Positions 39,185 through 51,660 of a stretch of 64,000 bases of DNA are shown here, piece by piece (the first letter of the stretch is position 1; the number at the start of each line of letters is the position of its first letter). The translations under genes were made by a program, and so were the position numbers. The stretch covers positions 132,432,001 through 132,496,000 of the forward strand of contig NW_026262581.1 in assembly GCF_021869535.1 (NCBI RefSeq), given 5' to 3'. The notes below the pieces were generated by a model that had not been told where the DNA came from, made no database searches, and saw nothing but the letters and a program-made list of their open reading frames with translations. The DNA comes from Mytilus californianus (taxonomy: Eukaryota).

Positions 39185-39419
39185 TAATAAAATGCTTCGC
39201 TGAGCGCAGCTGGATACGACCGCAGAGGTCCAACCCTGAACAGTTGGGGCAAAAATGGACACAATATTCGCGCTTGATACAGGTCTGAATTTGGATTGTA
39301 ATTAAATATTTGACACATAATAGGTTATTGTGTGAAAACCAATGTGTCTTCGGATGACGCCGACGACGCCAACGTCATACCAATATACGACCGCAAAAAT
39401 TACTGCGGTCGTATAAAAA
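39185..39419 (+). mobile_element. Minimal (~235 bp) HINE family C
   Basis: 5' GATACGACCGCAG subterminal motif; 3' hairpin TATACGACCGCA-AAAATTAC-TGCGGTCGTATA-AAAA; both ends match 10983-12282. Confidence 0.8.
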
Positions 39420-41234
39420 TTATTTTAAGTCTGCAAACATTAGACTGTTTATGATTGCTCTATAAAACTATGGCCATGAGTCAAGTAAAGTTTATTATTG
39501 CTCTGTAAAACTGTGGTCATGATTTTGAGTCAGGTAAAGTTTATTATTGCTCTGTAAAACTGTGGTCATGATCATGAGTCAGGTCAAATTTATGACTGCT
39601 CTGTAAAACTGGGGACAGCAGTCAAGGCCAAAAGTTAGTTGATCTACCAAAGCTGGATACCAGTATAATATTTACGAGATTCCAAAATATAGGTTGATAT
39701 CACACTAAGTGGTTAATAAAGCTTCTGGTTACTATTTGGCTATTGCAGATGATTAATGATGGCCTACTTAAGCAGTATTCCTGGTCTAAAATAAGCTGAT
39801 TATTTATAGTATATGGTATTGTGCTATAATAAGATAGTGAATACCTCAAAATTTACTGGTAAAAATCATCTTTTAATGGCAATTATTCCTATAATGAATC
39901 AATTGACATTTTCGGTTATACTGACTTATTTGTAGGTCTTACTTTGCTGAACATTTTTGCGATGAGAAGTTTCTGTCTATCATAGTTTCTGCAAAAAATT
40001 TTAAAATTGGTAAACAACATCTTTGAAGGGCAATAACTCCGATAAGGAATCAATTGACATTTTTGGTCATGTTGACTTATTTTTAGGTCTTACTTTGCTG
40101 AATATTTTTGCTTTTTTGAACTTTTTCTTTATCTACAAAAGTTTTCAAGATAACAACCAAAAACTGAGGAATTTTATAAAAATTATTATTTCAGGGGCAA
40201 CAACTCCAAATTGGGTTGTCCGATACATCTGAAAATTTCCTCTTATAGATCTTGACCTGCTGATCATTTTTACCCCGTCAGTTTTGCTTTAACTGCTTTA
40301 ATTTTTTAGATATTTTTTCCTATGTTCTATTTTTAGCTGTGGTGACCATGTTTGTTTGTTGTTATATCATAATATAATTTGTGTTAAGGCTTAAGCAAAA
40401 TTGGTGTATACATTGGAAACATTTTGTTGTGTAAGCCAACCGTGATAAATCACAATCATCAAATTTTGACATAGGGTCTGACTGGCCTCAGTGAACAATA
40501 ATAATATATTAATCATTTATGTTTTCTAATCCAATGGAAGTCAAATTTTCTTTAAAAAAAAGATCTTGTACTTTTAAGGAACTATAATTTCATTTTTTTT
40601 TTTTTTATTTTAAAAGATTTTATTCTGAAATACAATTAGTTTTACAGTTTTTGTAATCTATGCACTGATGAAACTACTGAAACAAAAAAGATTTATTAAT
40701 TTCCTGAGTAATTATTTGTATGCAAAAAAAAAATAATGAATGAACCAGAACAAAGGATTTAAATGATCCAGATGATATCAAAACAGAAAATTAAAAAAAG
40801 CACAGAGCAAAAGATTTCAACCTCTTGTATATAATCATTTTGAAGAGATTCTAAAATAGGAAAAGGATGAAATCCTAAAAAGTGCAACAGAAAGTATATA
40901 TATTGTAAGAAAACATTGTCTATAATTCATATTAACATAAATGACAAAGTCCATGTACTAATTACAAAAACCCTGAAACTGTTTTTTAAAGCAAAACTTG
41001 AATAAAAGAAGCAAAGTGTTTTGCAAGGGAAAACCCCACATAAAATCATTCTTATCCAAAAATAATAATGACGATTAACAATGCACCTAAGTACTGAAAA
41101 ATCTCAGTTTCCCTGAATTCTGTTGGTTTAGATTGAGATGTGTACAGGAATTTTTCACCTATATAATGTATTGATTGATTTAGTTGCTTGCTTAACATCC
41201 AGTAGCAATTTATAATGTATATAAAATAGTTTAA

Positions 41235-41926
41235 AGGGGCATTAGCTACGAGATATAAAAAAAATAAAATATGATTTCTTTTTGTTCAATCATTAATGAA
41301 AGTGAAAGAGTGGAATAGTAATTCGCTTTTATCAGCCAGTTTGGTTCAATTTTGTCAAAATAAGCAAAGAAACATAGCTAATGAATTATTCACTTGCAAG
41401 TGAATAATTCAACCTCATTGAATCTGTATTCATGTGAACTTTAATAGATCCCTATAGCTAGATATGGATTACGCATGAACTAGGCATGTTTAGTTATTAA
41501 ATGGAAAAGAATGTAAATATTGGAAGTGAAACAAGGGTAAACAATTTGGTTGACTGATTCGATCTAGAAAAACTCATTCTTATACAGGTAAAAACCATTA
41601 TTAACATATTTTTTTAACCTATAATATGAAATCAAACAGACTTAGAAAAATCCAATTGCACGAGTTCGCAATCTATTTATATCTATATTAATGTTTATAT
41701 TGGGTTATATAACCATCGGCAGTCTTTGGAGGTCACCTCTATGGTTTTTAGATGGCATCTGGACTAAAATACACACGAAATGCTGATTCATAAAATCGAG
41801 TCTACGCTTCTTAAATTGTTTATTTTAGACTTTTTATAATTTGGATATGTGTTTTAGTATGTTATAAGTCGAATGTAGGAATTTTGAGTCAAATCGGTGA
41901 AAATGAATTTGACAGCTAATGCCCCT
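41235..41926. mobile_element. Non-autonomous Kolobok-type DNA transposon (692 bp)
   Basis: 13-bp TIR AGGGGCATTAGCT / AGCTAATGCCCCT. TTAA TSD at 41231-34 and 41927-30. RR...YY termini with a TTAA target are Kolobok hallmarks. Confidence 0.8.
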
Positions 41927-42548
41927 TTAAAATCCAAATAAGTAGGTTTAATAAAGCACAAATTATGCCCCTATTTCTAGGATTTGGCTTTTATCACAAT
42001 AGGAAAAGTTGCTTATTGACATTCTTTTAATGACATCAAACAATCATAATTTTTTTTAAATCTTCATTAAAATTAAAGACAACAGGCCTATTTCCATTGG
42101 TGTTGAATACCTAAATACAAGCAGCAAATGCATCAACAACAAAATAATTAAACCTTATGTTTATTATAACAAATAACCCTTTTAACTTTCATATTTAGTT
42201 TGTCGAAACCTGTGCTCTGTTTTCTAGAATATAATGTGATTGTAAACCAAATTTTGTTTTCTTTCACAAAAAAATTTATTTTTGGCTTATTTGAAGTGTA
42301 AATCGTACTGATATACAAAATATATTTTCCTTAAAGTTTAAAGAGTAAGTTTTAATGTCCATATAACTAAATGTAAAACAGGCATATTCAAATTAAGAAT
42401 ATATATCACATTTAATATTGTTCAAATTATGCTCAAGTATAAGATTACTCCTAGCTGTTGATAAATTCATGATTCTTCAGTTCTATCTCTTACAAGGTAA
42501 ATGGTGCAAGTATAGTTTGTCACGAGAATCAATAATCATTATATTCAA

Positions 42549-42621
42549 TTACATGAATTGACTACCAGTATCTCCTTCAACGTAATCTTGCAAACTCTCA
42601 AATGGATCTGTATGTGGCGTC
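42549..42621 (-). CDS. FN3 single-pass membrane protein, last exon (cytoplasmic tail)
   Basis: CTTGCAG acceptor; phase 2 gives (R)TPHTDPFESLQDYVEGDTGSQFM*. Confidence 0.8.
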
Positions 42622-43724
42622 CTGCAAGATATATTTTCATTTTAATAATTCATATTATTTTTACACCTACAATAAATATATTGCCTTCCATACCTTAAAC
42701 AATCTTTCATTCAAACGTAATTATCTCTCTGACTATCTTAAAGTCAGAAAAAACTTCTAAACAATGTACAGTATTCTAGTCTTACTACAAGTGTTTGAAA
42801 ACTATTATAGGATAGATTGTGTTCATAGCCTAAATCACTAATGAGTGTTCAATAATTTTTACTGGACAAAATGGACTTCTTCCCATGCAAAGCAAAATAG
42901 GTTGAAAATGATATATATGCTCTTTCTGGTAGCTCTTCATTGTCAATGACAAATTATTTTCCTCCTAAGAGAAACAACTCAAAAATGTATATGATCTCTT
43001 ATTACAGGGTCAATTATGGAATTTGCAAATAAACTATTATACTTCTTGTTTCTTTTTCAAAATGTCTTTTTACACATTTTTTTTTCAATATCTATATTAA
43101 AAAAGAGTGGTTTGTGATTTCAAAAATACATTTTAGAGCCATTTGTTTTAGTGGTGTCTAAAGGTCGAAAATAAAGAAAATAGACTCTGCATGGAGTCTG
43201 CATACCTCTTTCTTATAAGCAGTTCCTGAATTAATTCTGAGTCATAATTCTCTGCAGAAAAAAAGGAGTGATCAGCACTTTTTGAGTTGGAGTATTAGCT
43301 AGCAGCAAATAATCTGCTAGTACAATCAACAGCAGGAGTACAGGATTCAAAGTTTACTTTGTGGAGTTCAGTGAAATGAAGGGGTCATATAAATATTTAT
43401 TGAAAAATTAGTACTACACCAGTAATATATGTACACACCGTTGGTATGATGTCAAAGATTATTACATTGTATTTTACTACTTAATAAATGTAATGTTACA
43501 TTGGTCAGTATAAACAGGTTATCTTACCTGAAAATAATATAGTAATATATGCCTTCTGTGATGTTACCTGTATAAAGTGATGTATACACAGGTAAGCTTA
43601 TGTCAGAAAGTTTGGAAACCAAGTCCTCTTACAAAAAGATAACATAATTTATCAACGCTTGAGAAATTGGTCAATGTTTTTCTCCCTTGGGATCAGAGGT
43701 GCCAGTATATACTGGTTACCTTAC

Positions 43725-43917
43725 CTGAGAAAGTTTTGTAATCTCCTTCTTCTTTGATGTCGTCTGTACAAATATAATGATGTAACAGCCAAAATACAAA
43801 GGGCAACAACTCCAAACAAAACACCAAGAACTACATCTAATGTTGTCGCTGAGAATAACTGACTTTCTTTGTATACAACCTCCGGACCAGAAGATGTTGT
43901 ACTGCCTCCTTGGATTT
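43725..43917 (-). CDS. FN3 single-pass membrane protein, stalk plus transmembrane exon
   Basis: TTCTTCAG acceptor, GTAAGG donor. Reads EIQGGSTTSSGPEVV...VVLGVLFGVVALCILAVTSLYLY-RRHQRRRRLQNFL: a TM helix followed by a basic stop-transfer segment. Confidence 0.88.
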
Positions 43918-45212
43918 CTGAAGAAGAAAAATATGGATTTCTGATAATTAAATATGTGATTCTTCCAGGAATGTGTATTACCTGCTATCGCAAAATAATA
44001 TGAGCGGAAATGTCAAAGTCCTTTTTTTAGTATGGGATACCTTAAAATCACTGAGATAAAAATCTAAGTAGATTCTGTGTATGTTTGGTTAAATTCTAGT
44101 GTTTTCAAAGAGTTCTGGCTTAATATAAAATGTGATGGGAACAATGCAGACAACATTATGACAACCAAGCACGAGGACAAGAACGATCCTTTAACGTTGC
44201 TATAGCTTTGCTGTGAAGAGATACAAAAAATAATCTATATCATGGCACATCAAAATATCAATTTTTTCTTCATTGATTTAGAAATGTAATCTTTTAAAAG
44301 AAATTTACAGGTATGAATGTTAAATGTAAAATAAATCAAGAACTTTAAGATACTAGATGCAGAATAGATATAAAAAAAATCTTGCTTAACAACAATTTCA
44401 AAAATGATCTATTGGTTCAGCAAACAATTCTAAATGTTCATAAACAGTTTGATCATCTTTCAGTAGAACCATTATACAGATTGAAACTTGGCAGAAGAAT
44501 ATGTTGTGCTTAACCCTTTCCTTTACGGAGAATTTTTTTTTTTATTTCGCATAGGATCCTTCAATCAAATGTGAATAATAAACATTAACTTACTTTAATG
44601 AAATAAAAAAACTTTAGAAAAAATAATGACAGTGATTAAAACAGGTCATCATTTTAAATAATAATGTACAGCGAAAAAATTATTTTGTTAAGGAAAATAA
44701 AGTCAGATATTGTGTACAAGATAAAGGCATCAAAAGGTGTCACTATGGAGTAAAGAGGGGCATCAAAACACATCATTGTGATGTAAAGAAGATGTTTCAA
44801 AAGGCATTATTATGGAGGAAAGTGGGAGATAATATTATAAAGATTACCAGTTAAAACTTAAAATGGATTATTTCCAATACATTACTTGATATAGAAAACA
44901 GACAGATAATTCATATGTTCTTATCACAAAACTAAAAATATTAATATAGTGTAGCATCATTATAGAAACTAAATATCAATAATTGGTAAAGCATATATAG
45001 CCATATTATAACCCTCAACTTAAAAAAATTCTCATACCTCTACTTGTGACAGGAATGCTTTGTTTAAAAGAAAAAAAGAAGGATGGGGGGGGGGGGGGGG
45101 GGTGTAATGTGAAAATACACAATTAACAGCACCTGGTGGTGATTTATAGCCTGTCCAATTAATAGGTATGGTTTTGTCTTTTCAAATATGTAAGTCAAAG
45201 CATGATCATTAC

Positions 45213-45515
45213 CTGTTTTGAATGTGCATTTATTAGATGATAGAACATCATTGCATTCTACAAACACATTATAACTTGTGCCTGGCTGTAAATGTAGAAT
45301 GGTGATATTTGTATGTCCTTGAAAATCTGTCTGATCTACACATTTTTTTTCTTTAGTTTCTGTTTGAACATAACATAACATACATGGTAAGTTCAGTGGC
45401 TGGTTTGGCTCACCATGCTTTTTTATCATCAAGGTCACTTGGTTGGTTTGTATTGCTGTAACTGTGACAACCACTTCTGACGCAAATTTCCCAGCTGCAA
45501 TACATATATATGTCA
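45213..45515 (-). CDS. FN3 single-pass membrane protein, fibronectin type III-like exon
   Basis: TTTTTCAG acceptor, GTAATG donor, 303 bp, phase 1-1 (typical of FN3 modules). Contains the motif ITILHLQPGTSYNVFVEC. Confidence 0.88.
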
Positions 45516-46755
45516 CTGAAAAAAAAGATTATCCGACTTCAAGCATGTATTATTTATAAACTATAAACTCATGGTAAATCCATCTATAAAAATAGATGAT
45601 GGGACCTTATAAATAATTTCATCCCATGCTGATCAGAACTATATGTAGGTGCAAAAAATATAGCTGGCATGTCATATAAATATAATACATTTGTACTGAT
45701 AGAGGGGAATCTGTAAGCTCCCTGACCATTTTATATGCTGATGTCCTAGGTATTGTTGCCTTATTGCAAATATGAATTACAAACTATTAAAATATTTTTG
45801 AGCTAATTTAGCTGTGTAAATTCACCAAAACTAAAACTTGTGTGATAGTTATTATTAATCAAATTCTTAAAGCTTTAAAAGAAATGATCTCAGAAAATGT
45901 GAATATTTGCCAAGCTTTTATGACACAATCTGTCTGTGATGTCATGAAATGAAGAGACAAATTTTGAATAAATATATTTAAAAAAGGGCACAATTGCCAA
46001 CCAAATTATTCTTGTTAGGGAATATATAAACACAAAATACACTAACTGTGTTCCATGGTATTTCTAAGCATGTGCAAGCCGAAAAATTCACGGTTTGCAC
46101 AATTTTGTCAATTACCTGTATAACACATGAAAAGAGCATATTTCAAACCAAAACTGTTGTGTTTTATTAAAGTACATTTACAAAGAATAAAACTTTTGAC
46201 TGTTCAAATAATAGATACATGTAGTATGACATACATTTGATTTTAAGGCAAATTTACCCGAGGGATTTTTCAGACAAAGTTAAAAATTGAAACCTGTCCA
46301 ATATCACTGCACCAGGGACTAGTAAACAATCCCAAACTGCACAGAGATTTTTCGTTTATACACTACTTTTGAGTTCCTCAATTTGAGGTGCTTAAGGGAT
46401 ACTGACCAAATTTTGTATTGCATTTTTTATCAAAGGATTTTAATATTACTATCAAAATTCTTGTTTTGTTGCCAAATCGTTATTAATTGTTATTTTTTAA
46501 TGATAAAATATAGAGAAAAAAAGTAAAATATAGCAAAGAAAAAAAAACAGGTGCCAATTTGTCTTAGTGCCATAGTGTTTTGCTACCACCAAATCATTTA
46601 CCAACTGTTTTGGAAAAGTTTAATTAACAAATGGGAAGCATGGAAAATATAAAAAAAAGTGATTGTTGTAAGATGTCAAGTGTTGCAAATTCTTGGGTCA
46701 ATTGTTGCAGATTCCCAAATAGTGACATTAAGCCAAATTATTTAAGGTTATTTAA

Positions 46756-47338
46756 GGTTCATCATAACAAATGGACAAATATGGCCGTATTTTCACCTTA
46801 AAAACTACTCTGTGTACAGGCTTACCTGTGCAGTTTGGAAAGTTTTAAGGCCTGGCATCCACTAGATGTATAAAAGTTAAATTTATTTTGCATATCAGAA
46901 ATATAAAATCTTTTTTGGATTATGATGGGCATTTTTTTTCCGTTCCTGCTGAAGGTGTAAAAATAAACTAGTTGGGATATAACTTTGAGATGCTCCATCT
47001 CAGGTAACAACTGATTTGGATTGTATTGATTGTCCTTGATTGACATGTACAATAGATATCTACACATCTATAGGTGAGTTAAAGGTAGTAACTGAGTGGA
47101 CAGTATCAAATGCAATTCAGGTGTTTGTTTATTTTTACACCTTCTGCAGGAAGGAAAGAAAATGCCCATCATATTCAAAAAAAGATTTTATCTTTCTGAT
47201 ATGCAAAATAGATTTAACTTTTATATATCTAGTGGATGCCAGGCCTTAAAACTTTCCAAACTGCAAAGGTAAGTCTGTACACAGAGTAGTTTTTGAGGTG
47301 AACATACGGCCATATTTGTCCATTTGTTATGATGAACC
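46756..47338. mobile_element. Fold-back Kolobok-type element with ~212-bp TIRs (583 bp)
   Basis: Arms 46756-46968 and 47127-47338 are reverse complements (GGTTCATCATAACAAATGG... / ...CCATTTGTTATGATGAACC). TTAA TSD at 46752-55 and 47339-42. Confidence 0.88.
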
Positions 47339-47521
47339 TTAATTGAAATAAAGTTTATATTTTAATGGTCACTGAAAGAGGAAGAAGAATCAATATGTTT
47401 GTAAAGCAGAGGACAGCAGCGCAGTCTATTAGTTTTGTTACATGTATTTATCCAGAAGTATCACATATCTAAACGTTAATGCGAGATTCATACTAAATAA
47501 CAGATGAATTTTCTTTTATAC

Positions 47522-47558
47522 CTATGCACTGAATGACACAGAAATATGAGAATTCCAT
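47522..47558 (-). CDS. FN3 single-pass membrane protein, first exon (signal peptide); CDS join(47522..47558, 45213..45515, 43725..43917, 42549..42621), 606 nt, 201 aa
   Basis: ATG at 47558 gives MEFSYFCVIQCI, then a phase-1 GTATAA donor. Joined to the next exon it reads MEFSYFCVIQCIVTYICIAAGK, a plausible signal peptide. Confidence 0.7.
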
Positions 47559-47599
47559 GTCGTTATTTCGTTTGCAGGATATTTCTATGGAGGTTTATG

Positions 47600-47800
47600 G
47601 TTACTTTTGGACATGTTCAGTTTGAATTCTACATTGTTGTTGTGGTGATTGTTTACTGTTGGTATGAATTATAATATGCGAGGGTTATGGAAAACTGCAA
47701 CAAAATCCCTCAAAGCTTTGTTTACTTCCGTTCAAATACATTCGGAACTGCTCGTTACTCGTCGATTATTTATCACTAATAACTCAAAGTATGTCCCGAG
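47600..47800. promoter_or_regulatory. Putative bidirectional promoter; candidate non-coding first exon of PLGRKT ending at a GTATGT donor (47789)
   Basis: Lies between two divergent genes. ACTTCCG (ETS core) at 47724-30. The acceptor at 50560, 14 nt before the PLGRKT ATG, needs an upstream exon. Confidence 0.45.
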
Positions 47801-48532
47801 AGTAATATTGTCATTAACAGAATATTAGCTAAGCTGTGGTGAAGGCAAGAGTGATTTATGTATGTTGTCATGCATATTTGAAATAATGCAGTGTTCATTT
47901 ATGATATATTAGATAAAGCAAACCCTTTTATATGCAATTGCCGTTTTTGCAAAATAATTACCATTGCATAGTCAATTTGGTACTATGATCTACCTTTTGA
48001 CCTTTCAGTTTGAACTATTTGTGAAGGCATCTTTTCTGTCCTGGCAGCTTTCAAAGCTGAAAATAAGGGAACACACAACTAACTCCATGCCATATTGATG
48101 TCCACTGACATACAACATGACTTTTATCATGCTTATGCTGTAATCTATTGTACTGTCCAATATTTTTGATTCCTTAATTATCCTTCATAAGTATTATTTA
48201 AACAACTTTTCAACAGAGCAGCGAACTAAAACTACAAGTATTTAAGTGGTTATAAAAGTAACATACATGCAAGTAAAACTTGTAAAAATTGCTCGTTGAA
48301 AGTGGATGAAGTGATTTTGCCAAAGTGAAAGTAGGTATATAAGAAGTTACATTTGTAGCTATCAGCATTTATTTTTGACTTAAAAATTTCAATCTTTGGT
48401 TGATAAGAGGAAGCAAGAGAAAAAAGTGTCAGTTTTTTCGTAGAGATATTTAATTAATAATCTTCTGCAAGCATGTATGCAGAAAAACTGAGTTTTAAGG
48501 AATTGATGGAAATTTCATTGTGTTATCATAAT

Positions 48533-50020
48533 GGCAGTGTCTGCGCGTACCCGCATGCGGGTACGAATAGTCAAATTGCCATTCGTAGGCTACGCGTACC
48601 CACATCCGGTTTTATAATAAAATGCCATCGAATCGGGAATGAAACGTGAAATATATACAGAAATTATCGATAATATGGGGATTTCGTGTAGAACGAATGA
48701 AGAGTATGAAAAATAATATTTTCAACTTGTATTTATTAGTTAATAATACATAATAAACATTGCAAATTAAATGCACACTGATTGAAAATGAAAATAATGC
48801 CCCCGACTTCAATTTTCTATTTCTGTTTTCTTTTTACTTATTTTGCTGTTTTTCCTTTTTTATTATTATTATCAATGTGCCACCCGCATTAAAAAAAATG
48901 AAAATATCAGCATGAAAACTTTAAATAGTGAATATATAATGCAAAGGCATATATTATAGGACTACCTGTAAACATGAAAAAAAAATTAATATTAAATATT
49001 ATTAAATGTAAATTCAAATTTAAAGACTTAAATTTTACTGAATTTGAAAAATACCTATATGAGATTAAAAAATAATCTTTGAGTAAAATGTAAAACAGAA
49101 ACTGAAATTTTAAAATATCTTAAACGACCAAAATTAAAGCTTGGGTGTCTATATAAAAATTAAAGAGGCAAGTTATAAAGGCTTCAAATTAAACCAATTT
49201 TAAAAGATTCATGTAAGTAAATTGAGATTTGGAACAAATTTTTAATATCCAATAGGATTGTTTTGGCACATATTTCAAATGTTGACAGTCCAAACAACAA
49301 TCACAGGCCAAAGAGTCCTGATCGTGTAGGTTTTTTGGACATTTGATACATGTCCATTCGCATGATTCTCTTCTTTAGTTGATCCGAATTTTAAGTTGCT
49401 TCCACGCTTCAGAGGTAAAATATTTCAAGTTTGATGCGCTGAAGGTTTACATTTTCGTCAAATATTTTGTTATTTATTAATGAAGCTTCTAGAGGATTAT
49501 TGGCATCGGCCTTTCTTTTATCGGAAATAATGTATTATGCCTTTTTCCTGTCGAACTTGTTTAGAATTTTAGAATACAGGAAAAATTTATTCTGTTAAAC
49601 TTTAATTCCTCTTTTATTTTTGTGTTTCCAGTTCTTTTTTTTCTCTGCAGCTGTAAATGACTCCGAGTTTGTTTTATACAATTGTATAAAATTAATCGAC
49701 TGATAGTTTTAAACAAATTGTTCCAATTCATGACAACTTTGAAATGTCTTCCCCACATGTATATCACTCTCTTCCATTTTTAGAATATTTATTAACTGAG
49801 AAAAACTGTTCACTTACCTATATATAAATATTTATGAAACTTCTAAGTAGTTTTAATCAATTTATTCACTAATTCAGTAATTGCGATAATTTCCGTATAT
49901 ATTTCACGTTTCATTCCCGATCCGATGCCATTTTATTATAAAACCAGATGCGGGTACGCGTAGCCTACGAACGGCAATTTGGCTATTCGTACCCACATGC
50001 GGGTACGCGCAGACACTGCC
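48533..50020. mobile_element. Non-autonomous Mutator-like element (MULE), 1488 bp
   Basis: ~140-bp TIRs (GGCAGTGTCTGCGCGTACCCGCATG...). Perfect 9-bp TSD TATCATAAT at 48524-32 and 50021-29. Confidence 0.88.
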
Positions 50021-50574
50021 TATCATAATAGATATAAGAAGATGTGGTATGAGTGCCCAAGTGAAAATTTATCATCATACTAAACACTTATCAAAGGTGG
50101 TATATATATTTAAAATAGTGAGACTAGATATAACACTCAATAAGTAAACATTCAATAACAATAAGTTTATTTGAATGAGTGATATTTGTTGATACAATTT
50201 TTTTTTTGGTAGTAATTTTTTATACAAGTAATATCTAATTAAACTTAACACCATTTATATGTGTATGATAACATGCCTAGAACTTTCCCCATGCTATTAA
50301 AAACTTGATATATACGTACATGATGTAAGAAGATACATGTACAAACTCATTTATACATTTGTATTATGTTTTGTAAATATATTTTAGACTCTTGTGCTGG
50401 AAAAAAGGTTATTTTATTTGTCTTGATCATGTTTATACCAGAGTACAACCAGCCAAGAACTTATACTAGTAATCTTAGTACTATAATACTTAAAAGAGCC
50501 CTGACTAACAAATGGCAGTGAAAAGTAAGCACAATTCAGATAACATTTGTATTTTTGTAGAACATTGTTTCAAC

Positions 50575-50655
50575 ATGGGATCTGTGATAGGAAAAGCAAT
50601 GGATGACAATATGAAAAAGCAGCAAGAATTCATGTTAGAGACCCAAAGATTACAG
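50575..50655 (+). CDS. PLGRKT: Plasminogen receptor (KT)-like protein, coding exon 1; CDS join(50575..50655, 53990..54120, 56253..56362, 56791..56930), 462 nt, 153 aa
   Basis: MGSVIGKAMDDNMKKQQEFMLETQRLQ resembles the human N-terminus (MGFIFSKSMNESMKNQKEFML...RLQ, recalled). GTAATA donor; all exons join in frame. Confidence 0.93.
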
Positions 50656-50855
50656 GTAATAAATGTTTAAAAACATAGACTCCTAAATTGTAATTTGAAA
50701 TTAAAATTTTTATTTCCGTGAGCTTTTGCATTTACAGTAAAACATTAACCTAGGCCAGCTTTTCTTGTTCGTTTCAAGTAGCAAATGCAAGTAATTCTAT
50801 AACTACAGATAACATAAATAAATTGTGTTTATACTGCAACATCATGTGTGTACAA

Positions 50856-51660
50856 AACTAGAGGCTCTAAAGAGCCTGTGTCGCTCACCTTGATCTATGT
50901 GCATATTAAACAAAGGACACAGATGGATTCATGACAAAATTGTGTTTTGGTGATGGTGATGTGTTTGTAGATCTTACTTTACTGAACATTCTTGATGCTT
51001 ACAATTATCTCTATCTGTAATGAACTTGGCCCAGTAGTTTCAGTGGAAATTATTTGGTAAAAATTTACAAAATTTATGAAAATTGTTAAAAATTGATTAT
51101 AAAGGGCAATAACTCCTTAAGGGGTCAATTGACCATTTTGGTCATGTTGACTTATTTGTAGGTCTTACTTTGCTGTACATTATTGCTGTTTACCGTTTAT
51201 CTCTATCTATAATAATATTCAAGATAATAACCAAAAGCTGAAAAAATTTCAAAAAATTACCAATTCAGGGGCAGCAACCCAACAACGGGTTGCCTGATTG
51301 GTCTGAAAATTTAAGGGCAGATAGATCTTGACCTAATGAACAATTTTGTTTTGAAAGATTTGCTCGAAATGCTTTGGGTTAGATATATGAGCCAAAAACT
51401 GCATTTTACCCTATGTACTATTATTAGCCATGTCGGCCATCTTGGTTCGCGGGCAGGGTCATCAGACACAATTTTTAAACTACATACCCTAATGATGATT
51501 GTTTACAACTTTGGTTAAATTCATCTTAGTAGTTTCAGAGGAGAAGATTTTTGTAAAAGATAACAAAAATTTACGAAAAATTGTTAAAATTGACTATAAA
51601 AGGGCAATAACTCCTTAAGGGGTCAACTGACCATTTTGGTCATGTTGACTTATTTGTAGA
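50856..51660 (+). mobile_element. HINE family D, 5' part
   Basis: Starts AAACTAGAGGCTCTAAAGAGCCTGTGTCGCTCACC; body is the reverse complement of 52420-53450; related pieces at ~39860-40330 and 5030-5180. Confidence 0.65.

Noticed and set aside
40655-40700. CTGATGA...GAAAC hammerhead-like motif
   Set aside because: Stem III does not close on a GUH triplet, stem II is at most 1 bp, and there is no stem I partner. Probably chance.
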